A DNA stretch of 20,000 bases from an uncultured virus (IMG/VR IMGVR_UViG_3300036715_000434) (IMGVR_UViG_3300036715_000434); one strand, 5' to 3'; shown: positions 6,768-15,523, numbered from the stretch's first letter. A program made the numbers and translations. The notes: generated by a model not told the origin, from the letters alone.

Positions 6768-7478
6768 ATGTTCTACAAGCTATCCCCCCTCCTCGTTTCG
6801 TGGGCCATCGCTGCGATCATCTGCGTCGCTGGCGCTTCCTATGACATGGCGCCGGCGCACTTCTTCGTCGGCTTGTTCATTGCCCTGTCCGGGGGCATCG
6901 CCGCTGGCTTCATCACTGGCGCCGGCTTCAGTCGACGGGTCGATCCCTGGCTCTTGCAGAAGCGGCTGATGGACATCTCGAACCAGCCGGCCCCGAACAG
7001 CCCGATGCTGACCAAAGGCACCCTGCTCTACTACGCTCTTCAGCTAGAAGAGATGGGCGAGCAGGCCCGGACCCTCCTGGCCATCATGATGCACCACCTG
7101 CCTCCGAAGGGCGTCGTGGTCGGCTACGAGGACTACCGCGATGCGCTTCATATGGGTGAGCCCATGCTGCGCCAGCTCTCAGCCAGCCTGCGCCGTCACT
7201 GTGCCCAGTGCCCGGACGATTGGGGGCTGTCGCTGAACCGACCCGAAGCGAAGGCACTGCTGGACGACCACGTCGACGTGATGGTGGTGGCCTCCGGCTT
7301 CGGCCTGGCCACTGGGCTTCCTGGCCCGGCTGGCTACCTAGCTGTTCAGGCATCGAACCTGAGCAAAGCCAACCCCGAGACCGGGATGATCGACACCGAT
7401 CCTTCAGGCAAGTGGATCAAGGGGGTAGGCTACTTCCCACCAGCCCTCGAAAAGGTGCTGGAAGATCACATGACCTAA
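6768..7478 (+). CDS. MazG-like/PRA-PH all-alpha NTP pyrophosphohydrolase with two predicted N-terminal TM helices
   Basis: LQLEEMGE...LLDDHVDVMVVASG...VQASNLSK...GKWIKG.GY.PP.L matches the DR2231-like family pattern. The first ~52 aa contain two hydrophobic stretches. Confidence 0.75.
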   Translation: MFYKLSPLLVSWAIAAIICVAGASYDMAPAHFFVGLFIALSGGIAAGFITGAGFSRRVDPWLLQKRLMDISNQPAPNSPMLTKGTLLYYALQLEEMGEQARTLLAIMMHHLPPKGVVVGYEDYRDALHMGEPMLRQLSASLRRHCAQCPDDWGLSLNRPEAKALLDDHVDVMVVASGFGLATGLPGPAGYLAVQASNLSKANPETGMIDTDPSGKWIKGVGYFPPALEKVLEDHMT

Positions 7479-7504
7479 CCCTTTGAACCTCTGGGAGCCC
7501 TCAC

Positions 7505-7702
7505 ATGAAGCTGATCACCGGATTCATTCTCGGCGTATTCCTCGCCATCGCAGTCGGCTTCGCCATGGTGCGATGCGTGGCGCAGGAGGACAACGCAACC
7601 CCACCTCATGCACTGACCCAGCAAGACATTGACGAGCTCACGATGAAGTGGTCGAAAGAGCCGTTGCCTGATCTGCTGGCTGGCAAGAAGGGGAAGCCAT
7701 GA
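7505..7702 (+). CDS. Small membrane-anchored hypothetical protein
   Basis: MKLITGFILGVFLAIAVGFAMV hydrophobic N-terminus; SD GGAG. Confidence 0.65.
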   Translation: MKLITGFILGVFLAIAVGFAMVRCVAQEDNATPPHALTQQDIDELTMKWSKEPLPDLLAGKKGKP

Positions 7703-7878
7703 GCAATAAGAGCCCAGCCGTAATGGCCAACGTTCAGGCGAACGTCAAGGAGCTTATTCAATCCTCGTTCATGGATTTACTTTCGGACGAGCTATGGGAC
7801 GGGCTTGTGGCCCAGCTCTTCGGCGTGGGGACGGCGTATGTCGTCAACTACAGGCGCAACAACACTCCGAGGTTCTAG
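7699..7878 (+). CDS. Small hypothetical protein (59 aa)
   Basis: Below the ORF-track cutoff; ATGA overlap with the previous gene; MSNKSPAVMANVQANVKELIQSSFMDLLSDELWDG... Confidence 0.55.
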   Translation: MSNKSPAVMANVQANVKELIQSSFMDLLSDELWDGLVAQLFGVGTAYVVNYRRNNTPRF

Positions 7879-7883
7879 ACGAC

Positions 7884-8171
7884 ATGTCACTCATCCTCCG
7901 CGATCAACTGCTGCGCGAGTGCTGGGTGCCCACCAGCCTACGCAAGCCAGCCCCAAACCCAGCCGGCCCCCACTACTCGGTGCCAGTCTGGGGGGTGATA
8001 GACGACTCCAACTTCACCATCGCCGGAGAGACGATGTTCGCTGATGTGGTCGCCTATTGGCCGGCCCTAGACAAGTTCACCGTCACCCACCAATGCCGAG
8101 CCGACGAGGACGCCGATGATCACGTCGTCAAGGTGATCTGGTGGCAGCCTCTTCCGCCATTGCCATACTGA
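7884..8171 (+). CDS. Hypothetical protein, DUF551-like
   Basis: W.P...RKP start and VIWWQPLPPLP end resemble the phage DUF551 pattern; SD GAGG. Confidence 0.6.
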   Translation: MSLILRDQLLRECWVPTSLRKPAPNPAGPHYSVPVWGVIDDSNFTIAGETMFADVVAYWPALDKFTVTHQCRADEDADDHVVKVIWWQPLPPLPY

Positions 8172-8186
8172 TCCGACGATCCCACC

Positions 8187-8214
8187 AAAAGCCAGCCTCC
8201 GCGCTGGCTTTTTT
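8187..8214 (+). terminator. Rho-independent terminator, possibly bidirectional
   Basis: AAAA-GCCAGC-ctccgc-GCTGGC-TTTTTT. Confidence 0.85.
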
Positions 8215-8240
8215 CATGCTTGGGCCACCCCTTATACTTT

Positions 8241-8467
8241 AACCACCCAGAGCTCCTTGATTACGCACAGAGCAGATCCAGGCTCTGTGCGCTCGTGATG
8301 GGGCAAGTGGCAGGGTAGGCGCTTCAGGGCATTTTGCGTCGATCCTGGGAGGTCCTAGGGGGCTTCCTGGCGCTCTTCTGGGGTTGAGCTGCTTCCATCT
8401 CGTGACGAGATTTGCTGGATCCCCCGGTGCTGAAGTTCAGGCTTGTTCGGCATTGGGGTTCTTTTTC
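8241..8467 (+). ncRNA. Candidate structured ncRNA or attenuator-type leader (family not recognised)
   Basis: TATACT at 8233-8238, several hairpins (8264-8291, 8348-8367, 8397-8411), and a terminator-like stem 8422-8458 followed by TTCTTTTT. Confidence 0.4.
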
Positions 8468-8491
8468 ACCCAGGCCAAAGGAACTAATACC

Positions 8492-9241
8492 ATGACCAAC
8501 AAGCGACGCAAGTTCATTCATGGCTGGCGGCCGGATCAACACGACGGCCGCGACCATCTTTACATGATGATCGGCAAGCCAGCCCAGCTGCCGCCCTCTA
8601 TTGATCTCCGCGGCGCCATGCCAGCGGTCTACGATCAAGGCCAGCTCGGATCCTGCACCGGCAACGCCATCGCAGGAGCCATCGACTACGCCAATGGCCC
8701 CGGTGGTCTGATGCCGAGTCGCTTATTCATCTACTATAACGAACGCGTCAAAGAAGGCACGGTCCGTCAAGATGCCGGGGCCATGATTCGCGACGGCATC
8801 AAGTCAGTCAACCAGCTTGGCGTCTGCCCTGAACTCGACTGGCCCTACGACATCAGCAAATTCAAGCAGAAGCCACCCAAGGCAGCCTTTGCCGACGCGC
8901 TGAACAAGAAGGTTAGCTCGTATGCCCGCATCACCTCGCTTCAATCAATGAGGACGTGCCTGGCCTACGACAACAAGCCATTCGTGTTCGGCTTCGCAGT
9001 CTACGAGAGCTTCGAGTCTCAAGCCGTGGCCGACTCAGGTCGGCTAGAGATGCCCACGCCAGGCGAACGCCTACTAGGCGGCCACGCAGTGCTCTGTGTC
9101 GGCTATGACGATGACTCACGTCGCATGATCGTCCGCAACTCGTGGGGATCAAGTTGGGGCATCAACGGCTACTTCACGATGCCATACGACTACATCACCA
9201 ACCCCAAACTGGCCGACGACATGTGGGCCATCACCCTCTGA
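8492..9241 (+). CDS. Papain-like cysteine peptidase, family C1A (xylellain-like)
   Basis: LPPSIDLR, DQGQLGSCT (oxyanion Q, catalytic C), SRLFIYYNER, GGHAVLCVGYDD (H), VRNSWG..WG.NGYF (N). SD AAGGA before ATG 8492. Confidence 0.93.
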   Translation: MTNKRRKFIHGWRPDQHDGRDHLYMMIGKPAQLPPSIDLRGAMPAVYDQGQLGSCTGNAIAGAIDYANGPGGLMPSRLFIYYNERVKEGTVRQDAGAMIRDGIKSVNQLGVCPELDWPYDISKFKQKPPKAAFADALNKKVSSYARITSLQSMRTCLAYDNKPFVFGFAVYESFESQAVADSGRLEMPTPGERLLGGHAVLCVGYDDDSRRMIVRNSWGSSWGINGYFTMPYDYITNPKLADDMWAITL

Positions 9242-9252
9242 AGTAAACCAAG

Positions 9253-9546
9253 ATGAGCTACACGTTCCAACTCCGCGCTACCAACAAGATCGAAGCGCAC
9301 AACAAGGTCAAAGAGCAACTCGACATCGTCGCCCGCAATCAGGTTTGCCACAACCGTGACAAGGCAATCCACCTCGCCGCTCTCGGCGCTCAACTCACGT
9401 TGCTCGACGAACCCACGATCGACCAAGACATCAATGTGGCGATGAGCGGCTCGCTCACCGGCCAGTGGGTCGGATCCGACGTGACCCAGTGCTACGGGGC
9501 CAACCTCAGCATCGGCGTTGCTCTGGTCAACAAGCTGCCCATCTGA
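9253..9546 (+). CDS. Hypothetical protein
   Basis: 97-aa ORF 11 nt after the peptidase stop. Confidence 0.7.
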   Translation: MSYTFQLRATNKIEAHNKVKEQLDIVARNQVCHNRDKAIHLAALGAQLTLLDEPTIDQDINVAMSGSLTGQWVGSDVTQCYGANLSIGVALVNKLPI

Positions 9547-9624
9547 ACGAAGCATGGGAGACCACTAGAAGTCTCCCAGCTAGTAACCCCATCCCACAAC
9601 ATATTAGCACCTACGTAGAAAACC

Positions 9625-10071
9625 ATGCAAACCGACGAAGACCCCAAACCACGTAACAAGGGCGGACGGCCACTAGGTTCAATGAGCAAGCTCGCACGTG
9701 ATGCCAGGCTCAAGGCCGAACGTACTGGCCTCCTACCCCACGAGATCCTACTTGACATCGCTCGCGGCAATCCTCAGAAGGAGAGCTGGACCGACCAGGA
9801 GACGGGGGAGATCATCGTTAAGCATCTGCCCCCTGCTCCGATGGAGATGCGCGTAGATGCAGCGAAGGCAGCGGCTCCGTACTTCGCACCGAAGATCAGT
9901 ACCGTGGAAGTGATTCAAGGAGTTGGTGATGAGGATCTCGACAGCATCATTGCGCGCGCTGCCGCCGAGGCAGGTGTTAGCATTGGCTTTGATGGAGAAA
10001 GCGAGGAGGATGAAGCAGAAGGAGGAGCGTCAACACGCCCTCGCACTCGCGTACGAATCATCGGGGACTGA
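9625..10071 (+). CDS. terS: Probable terminase small subunit
   Basis: N-terminal [23 protein letters not shown] helix, acidic tail; immediately upstream of and overlapping terL. Confidence 0.7.
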   Translation: MQTDEDPKPRNKGGRPLGSMSKLARDARLKAERTGLLPHEILLDIARGNPQKESWTDQETGEIIVKHLPPAPMEMRVDAAKAAAPYFAPKISTVEVIQGVGDEDLDSIIARAAAEAGVSIGFDGESEEDEAEGGASTRPRTRVRIIGD

Positions 10072-11356
10072 CGATAGGTCGCCGCCTCCGTTCACCCAGA
10101 ACTACGCGAGCCTCGTCCTAGATCCGAACCACAAGCTCTACTGCTTACTTCACCAGACCGCCCCCTACAAGATTTTTTGGGGCGGTCGTGGCGCCGCGAA
10201 GTCGTGGGGCATAGCCGAGGCGCTCATACGCAAAGCCAGCGCAGCGTCTGTGCGTGTGCTCTGCACGCGTGAGATCCAGAACACGATCAAGGACTCAGCC
10301 CACAAGCTACTGAAGGACATGATCGACCGACTAGGCATGACTAGTTGGTTCACCGTCACTGCTGACTCGATCAAGTCACGTAGCGGTGCAGAGTTCATCT
10401 TCAAGGGCCTGCGCAACAACGAGAACGGCATTCGTTCTACGGAGGGCATCGACATCTGCTGGGTCGAAGAGGCGCAAGCAGTCTCGGAGTCAAGCTGGCG
10501 TTCGCTGATTCCTACTCTACGTAAGGACGGCGTCGAACTATGGGTGAGCTTCAACCTAGTCGACGAAGCTGACGCAACCTACCAGCGTTTCGTCGAGCAT
10601 CCGCCCACCGGCGCGATCGTTCACAAGATCCTCTACTACGACAATCCGTACCTGTCGGCCAAAAGCCGGCAAGATATGGAAGACGACAAAGCTCGTGACT
10701 TCCATATGTACGAGCATATCTGGTTGGGCCTGCCGCTCAAGATCAGTGATGCAGTCATCCTCAACAAGAAGTACACGGTACGGGCCTTTGACGACGACCT
10801 CTGGCAGTCAGCCCCTAGACTTCACTTCGGGGCCGACTTCGGATTCGCTAACGATCCCTCAACCCTCAATCGCTATTTCACGATCGAGAGCGAGGCCACC
10901 AAGAAGCGCAAGCTCTACATCGAGTACGAGGCCTACGGCACTCACGTCGAACTAGACGAGATGCCGGAGTTCTACGACTCAGTGCCTGGCTCACGTGATT
11001 GGCCGATCAAAGCTGACTGCGCTCGCCCTGAGACCATCTCCCACCTCCGACGCAAAGGCTTCAACATCTCTGCTGCTGAGAAGTGGGATGGCTCAGTTAA
11101 GGACGGCATTGCGCATCTGCGTGGCTTCGACCAGATCATCATTCATCCTCGCTGCATAGAGACCGCCAGGGAGGCCCGGCTCTGGCGCTACAAGGTCGAT
11201 CCCAAGATCGTCGACCCCAACGGCAACCCCCAAGTCTTGCCGATCGTTGTCGACAAGCACAACCACACCTGGGACGGCATTCGCTACGGGCTCGATGGGT
11301 ACATCCAGCGATCCGGAGCAGTGGGCGTCTGGGAACGCCTGGGTCAAATGGCCTAG
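9929..11356 (+). CDS. terL: Terminase large subunit, PBSX/SPP1-like family
   Basis: Walker [19 protein letters not shown], Walker B ICWVEEAQ, nuclease [10 protein letters not shown] and [18 protein letters not shown] at 9917-9922 before ATG 9929. Confidence 0.95.
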   Translation: MRISTASLRALPPRQVLALALMEKARRMKQKEERQHALALAYESSGTDDRSPPPFTQNYASLVLDPNHKLYCLLHQTAPYKIFWGGRGAAKSWGIAEALIRKASAASVRVLCTREIQNTIKDSAHKLLKDMIDRLGMTSWFTVTADSIKSRSGAEFIFKGLRNNENGIRSTEGIDICWVEEAQAVSESSWRSLIPTLRKDGVELWVSFNLVDEADATYQRFVEHPPTGAIVHKILYYDNPYLSAKSRQDMEDDKARDFHMYEHIWLGLPLKISDAVILNKKYTVRAFDDDLWQSAPRLHFGADFGFANDPSTLNRYFTIESEATKKRKLYIEYEAYGTHVELDEMPEFYDSVPGSRDWPIKADCARPETISHLRRKGFNISAAEKWDGSVKDGIAHLRGFDQIIIHPRCIETAREARLWRYKVDPKIVDPNGNPQVLPIVVDKHNHTWDGIRYGLDGYIQRSGAVGVWERLGQMA

Positions 11357-11428
11357 CTTTCTATAATCAACTCGCTTCCCCAGTGATTCGACTTTTCGAT
11401 CACACCAACCACCTGAAGGACTTTCACC

Positions 11429-11797
11429 ATGCCCGCTGCATACTCCGCCGCCGAGATCAACGCCGCACTCCAGCAACGCAACACGCGCTTGGCCTCTGGC
11501 TGGCTCGACCTCCTCGGCGCTTCGAGTGAGCTCATTGCTTCCGTCCAGTTCAACTCCACGGCCGGCGCTGTGGTCGGCACCACCCTGACCTTCTCCGGCT
11601 TCCCCAAGACCGCCACCCCTGGCATCACCGGCACGGCCATCGCTTCGGCCCGTCTGCGCAACGCAGCTCTCGCTGACGTGGCCACCGGCTTCACCGTCGG
11701 CCTGGCTGGCTCTGGTGCTCAGGTCATCGTGAACAAGATGACGCCCGCCTCGGGCGACACCGTGGCCGTTCAGTCCTGCACCCTGACCGACTCCTGA
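11429..11797 (+). CDS. Putative virion structural/appendage protein (beta-rich, 122 aa)
   Basis: Ala/Gly/Thr-rich; TGTA.ASARL...VG..GS.A motif typical of small phage fibre or decoration proteins. SD AAGGA; TATAAT at 11362-11367 upstream. Confidence 0.6.
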   Translation: MPAAYSAAEINAALQQRNTRLASGWLDLLGASSELIASVQFNSTAGAVVGTTLTFSGFPKTATPGITGTAIASARLRNAALADVATGFTVGLAGSGAQVIVNKMTPASGDTVAVQSCTLTDS

Positions 11798-11799
11798 TC

Positions 11800-12120
11800 A
11801 TGCCGTTCGCTCAACAGCCAGACGTAGTCGCACTCGCTAGCGGCGTGCGTAGTGGTAGCGGGGGCATTGGCTCTCCTATCGCTGCGCCGACCTGGCTGGG
11901 GGCGTTCAATGGGGCCCAGACCGTCAACCACACGTTCGGGGTAGCGAACTCTATCACCGGCACAGCGTCGACCGCCTGCACCTTCTCCGTCACGCCGGGC
12001 TACTCGCTCCCGGCTGGCGCAACCCTAGTCACCGTCTCGCCGACTCAGTGCCGCATCGACTTCGACGCGAGCCTGGCCACCGGCACCTACACGTTCAAGA
12101 TCCGGGCCACAGCACCATGA
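11800..12120 (+). CDS. Small Ig-like (He_PIG/cadherin-like) protein, apparently lacking its last beta-strand
   Basis: APTW...TFSVTPGYSLPAGATL...GTYTFKIRATAP* parallels the Ig domain of 15949..17418 but stops after RAT. Confidence 0.6.
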   Translation: MPFAQQPDVVALASGVRSGSGGIGSPIAAPTWLGAFNGAQTVNHTFGVANSITGTASTACTFSVTPGYSLPAGATLVTVSPTQCRIDFDASLATGTYTFKIRATAP

Positions 12121-14159
12121 GCACCTTCGTTGACTCCGGGCTGATCAACGTCGTCTCGTCTATCGTGGTGCCTGCGCCGGCCCCGACGGGCAAGTACTAC
12201 ACAGACCAGCCCTACCTGTGGCAACCCATCGCTACTAACACGATTGTGCAGCGCATCCCCGGCCCGGCCGGCTCGGCTCCGTTCAACCTCAACCGCGAGA
12301 TGGTCGGCCCGACTCGGGATCACGTCTGCGCCTTCAACGGGCAGGTCTCGTGGGCCTGGAAGAACCGTGGTGGGGATTGGCTTGGGCCGCCTCCGACACT
12401 GACGCCACAGAGCGCCGTGGGCTGGTCCTCGATTGCATCGCCCGGAGGCAGTGGCCTTGCCTCCTCGGCGCCCTACACGATGGATGTCACGAGCCTGGCC
12501 CAGTATTGCTGGACCAACGACCGATGGATGGCTCTGGTCATGCAATGCGACTCACAACGCATGATCTGCGCGAACCTCGGCGCTAATCCCCCGAAGATCA
12601 CCTACAACTACTCGGATGGCACCTCCGAGGTCCTCGATATCTGGTTGATGGCCTCCTTCGGTGGCAGCAGCGTCCCGGTGACCAGCTCACTGCAATGGAT
12701 GCTACCCGGCTGCATGGAGTTCCGCCGGCCGAAGAAGCCGGTTACTTCGGCCTCGCTCTACTTCTACATCGACGGGCACTTCAGCGGATCCCAGCCGATC
12801 CGCGTCAACCTACTGGATCCACCGCGCAACACTGACGGGGTTCAGCTTGGTGTGGCCAACAACTCGGTGCTTGACGCCAACCTAGCCAATGAGCCTGGGG
12901 TGCAGTTCGCGGTGCGATTCATGGATGGCTGGAACCTGCAGCAAGTTGTCGGTGTTAACTCGGTCAACTACACCTCTGACAACGTCTACGACCCGGCGCT
13001 CTGGGGCGGCGCGCCAGACCTGAGCAAGTTCCCGAACATTGGGCAGGGCAAGATCAACAACGTTCCCCATGACGTGATCAGCCCGGACCACAGGCTCTAC
13101 CAAGAAAGAGAAGATAGCCCACACGGGTGGTCGGTACTTTCCAGTGAGTGGCAGAGTGTCGACAGCACCTACACGGGTGAAGGATTCACACCGATTGCGC
13201 CGGGTATGGGGGCGCTGAGGATGAAAATGTACAAGGCCGCGGACATCTTCACGGGCTTGCCACTCGCTGACGCCTCGCATTGCGGATCGAGTGGGTCCGG
13301 GGCCTCCGGGTGCATCATCCCCCTGCCACCTGAGGAGTTCGGCTACCAGCAGGAAATCTACACACGCTACTACCACATGATTGGCGCTCCCCGTGGCCTG
13401 CCTTATGTGGCAGACCCGGCAGAGCGGTATAACGTCTACCAGAACAGCGGTGACTTGACCAATCTAACCTCTCCGCAGTGGTGCGATCGTGGTGGCAAGT
13501 TCGGCTTCACTCCGATGCATATCTCCTGGCTCGGTGGCCTGTCTTCCAGTGCTGGCGGTCCTCGTGGATGGCAGATGCGGCATGCCTGGGCAGAGGTCGA
13601 CGAGATGTATGGTGGCCCATGTGAAGGGGGCTGGCGCGTCGGCGTGCACACCTACGACTTCTCCTACGCGCCCCCGAATCCTCCCGGCTATGCGATGGGT
13701 AGCCAAAGTCCGCAGAACTCCGGCTGGAGCCAACGCGGCGGTCTGGGCTCCATGATGTATGCGGGCAAGTGGTATTGCATCGAGATGCGCACCAAGCTCA
13801 ACAGCATTGACCAGCCAGGCGTCCTCGCTGACGGCAGCCCCCACTACGTCGACGGGGTTCAGCAATACTGGACCCCCGACGGGGAGATCGAGGTCTGGTT
13901 GGATGGCATTCGCGTGCTGCTCAATACGGGCCTAGTCATGCGCTCCGCCCCGATTGACACGCCGGCTCTCTGGGAGGCCAGAACCGGAGGAACTTGGAAC
14001 CCCTCTACACAGGCCCGGCCAACTGGCAACCTCGGACATCGCTGGGTGTGGATCAACTGGTTCCACGGCGGCGTGCTGCGGGCACCAACAGACTACGTCG
14101 CTTTCTACGCTGGCCTTGCCTTCGGCAAGAGCTACATCGGACCCATGAGGCTTGCATGA
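12117..14159 (+). CDS. Large putative adhesin/receptor-binding protein with C-terminal concanavalin/polysaccharide-lyase-like beta-sandwich
   Basis: ATG 12117 overlaps the upstream stop (ATGA); GGKFG, GKWYCIEMRTKLN, DGEIEVWLDG and WINWFHGG motifs. Confidence 0.65.
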   Translation: MSTFVDSGLINVVSSIVVPAPAPTGKYYTDQPYLWQPIATNTIVQRIPGPAGSAPFNLNREMVGPTRDHVCAFNGQVSWAWKNRGGDWLGPPPTLTPQSAVGWSSIASPGGSGLASSAPYTMDVTSLAQYCWTNDRWMALVMQCDSQRMICANLGANPPKITYNYSDGTSEVLDIWLMASFGGSSVPVTSSLQWMLPGCMEFRRPKKPVTSASLYFYIDGHFSGSQPIRVNLLDPPRNTDGVQLGVANNSVLDANLANEPGVQFAVRFMDGWNLQQVVGVNSVNYTSDNVYDPALWGGAPDLSKFPNIGQGKINNVPHDVISPDHRLYQEREDSPHGWSVLSSEWQSVDSTYTGEGFTPIAPGMGALRMKMYKAADIFTGLPLADASHCGSSGSGASGCIIPLPPEEFGYQQEIYTRYYHMIGAPRGLPYVADPAERYNVYQNSGDLTNLTSPQWCDRGGKFGFTPMHISWLGGLSSSAGGPRGWQMRHAWAEVDEMYGGPCEGGWRVGVHTYDFSYAPPNPPGYAMGSQSPQNSGWSQRGGLGSMMYAGKWYCIEMRTKLNSIDQPGVLADGSPHYVDGVQQYWTPDGEIEVWLDGIRVLLNTGLVMRSAPIDTPALWEARTGGTWNPSTQARPTGNLGHRWVWINWFHGGVLRAPTDYVAFYAGLAFGKSYIGPMRLA

Positions 14160-15523
14160 CCACCTTCGTTGACTCCGGCTTGATCTCCTTGGTCAGCTAC
14201 GACCCTGGCACCGGCCTCATCTCACCCGGGTCAGTGCTCAATGTGGGGTCCAACACCCTGCAGTCACTTGACCCCAACCTGGATGCCACGCAGAACGCGA
14301 ACTACGGCGGGGCGAACTTGGTCCCGGCCTATGTCGCTGGCTTTGCTTCGTGGTGCTATTCGGCGACGGGATGGGGGCGCTGCACCGACTACAGTGGCCT
14401 CGTCTACTGCTCTGGCTACGGCGCTGAGGGCAGCTTGATGAACTACGGCTCCGCTGGTCACGCCGCTGGCGGGCCTTGCATTTGGGCTCGCTACGATATC
14501 GCCACGGCTACGTGGTCGCTCATTGGCAAGGCGTTGCAGACTGACTCGCTGACTCAAGTCTTTCTGCCTGGCACCAACACCTTCAGCGGCATACCCCCTG
14601 CCACCCGCTGGAATAGCGATTGGGGGGATTGGATCGGTGCTAGCACCGATTGGCCGGTCGCCTGGCGTCAGCCTGGCTTTAATCCACCAGAGGGTGCCCA
14701 CACACGCGCAGGGCTCGTCTATCGCCCAGCCAGCGCAGCAGGCAACAGTCAGGGGGAAATCTGGGCAACGTGCTTCTCCTCTGGCGTGACGGGCGGGTTG
14801 CCGCTGGGGGCCTCCATGGGCTGCTTCGTGTTTGACCTCGACACGGGCCTCTGGAGCCGAGCCACCAAGCGGGCCTACGGCACCCCATTCGAGGCGCAGT
14901 ACGACGCGGTGCACGACAAGATAGTCTGCTGCGTCTGGGAGTTCAGCCATTGGATGGACTTCGTTGATGTGCTTGACTGCGCTACTAGAGTCTGGACCCG
15001 CCGCTACATCACCGATCCCACCCGGCCTTACGTGCAGTTTGACAGCAGTCAGTTCATCTACCAGAACTGGTTCGTGGTCTGCGTGATTGAGTCCATCAGC
15101 AATCCCAACCCGCCAATGAAGCTCTACGCGGTGGACCTGAACCTTATTGCTGGCTCGGCCAGCATCCCAAACGTGTGGCCACTCAACATCTCTGCGCCTA
15201 GCGGCTATCCGGTGACGCTGAACATCCCGAGCGGCGTCAACGGGCCGATCAACTCGCAGACCAACGCATGGATGTATAACAGTGACGACGGCTGCTTCTA
15301 CTGCATCAACAAGGGCGGGGATCCTCACCGATTCTGGAAAATGACCCCGCCAGCCGACCCGATTACCGGCACGTGGGTCATCACCCCGCAGACTCTCACC
15401 GGTGATGCTCTCGTGGTCTCTAGCACCGACTACGCCACGATGCACTACATTCCGAGCAAGAAGGCGTTTGCCTACCAGTCCAACAACACTTCCGCCAGGA
15501 TGGCGCTCGTGAGGTCTCTGTGA
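14156..15523 (+). CDS. Large putative adhesin/receptor-binding protein, predicted beta-propeller-like
   Basis: ATG 14156 (ATGA overlap); repeated blade-like motifs YDIATATWS, FDLDTGLWS, LDCATRVWT, DPITGTWV. Confidence 0.65.
   Translation: MTTFVDSGLISLVSYDPGTGLISPGSVLNVGSNTLQSLDPNLDATQNANYGGANLVPAYVAGFASWCYSATGWGRCTDYSGLVYCSGYGAEGSLMNYGSAGHAAGGPCIWARYDIATATWSLIGKALQTDSLTQVFLPGTNTFSGIPPATRWNSDWGDWIGASTDWPVAWRQPGFNPPEGAHTRAGLVYRPASAAGNSQGEIWATCFSSGVTGGLPLGASMGCFVFDLDTGLWSRATKRAYGTPFEAQYDAVHDKIVCCVWEFSHWMDFVDVLDCATRVWTRRYITDPTRPYVQFDSSQFIYQNWFVVCVIESISNPNPPMKLYAVDLNLIAGSASIPNVWPLNISAPSGYPVTLNIPSGVNGPINSQTNAWMYNSDDGCFYCINKGGDPHRFWKMTPPADPITGTWVITPQTLTGDALVVSSTDYATMHYIPSKKAFAYQSNNTSARMALVRSL

Noticed and set aside
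8241..8467. tRNA in the structured intergenic region
   Set aside because: No T-loop GTTCRA within a cloverleaf and no acceptor stem found.
9555..9578. Hairpin TGGGAGAC/GTCTCCCA upstream of terS as a terminator or pac site
   Set aside because: No U-tract and a single occurrence; its function cannot be supported from the sequence alone.
9929..10071. 143-nt terS/terL overlap as a possible frameshift or error
   Set aside because: terL has its own good SD and ATG, and terS/terL overlaps are common in phages.
12117..15523. Diversity-generating retroelement or invertase shufflon acting on the adhesins
   Set aside because: No reverse transcriptase, TR/VR pair, invertase or inverted cassettes are visible in the window.
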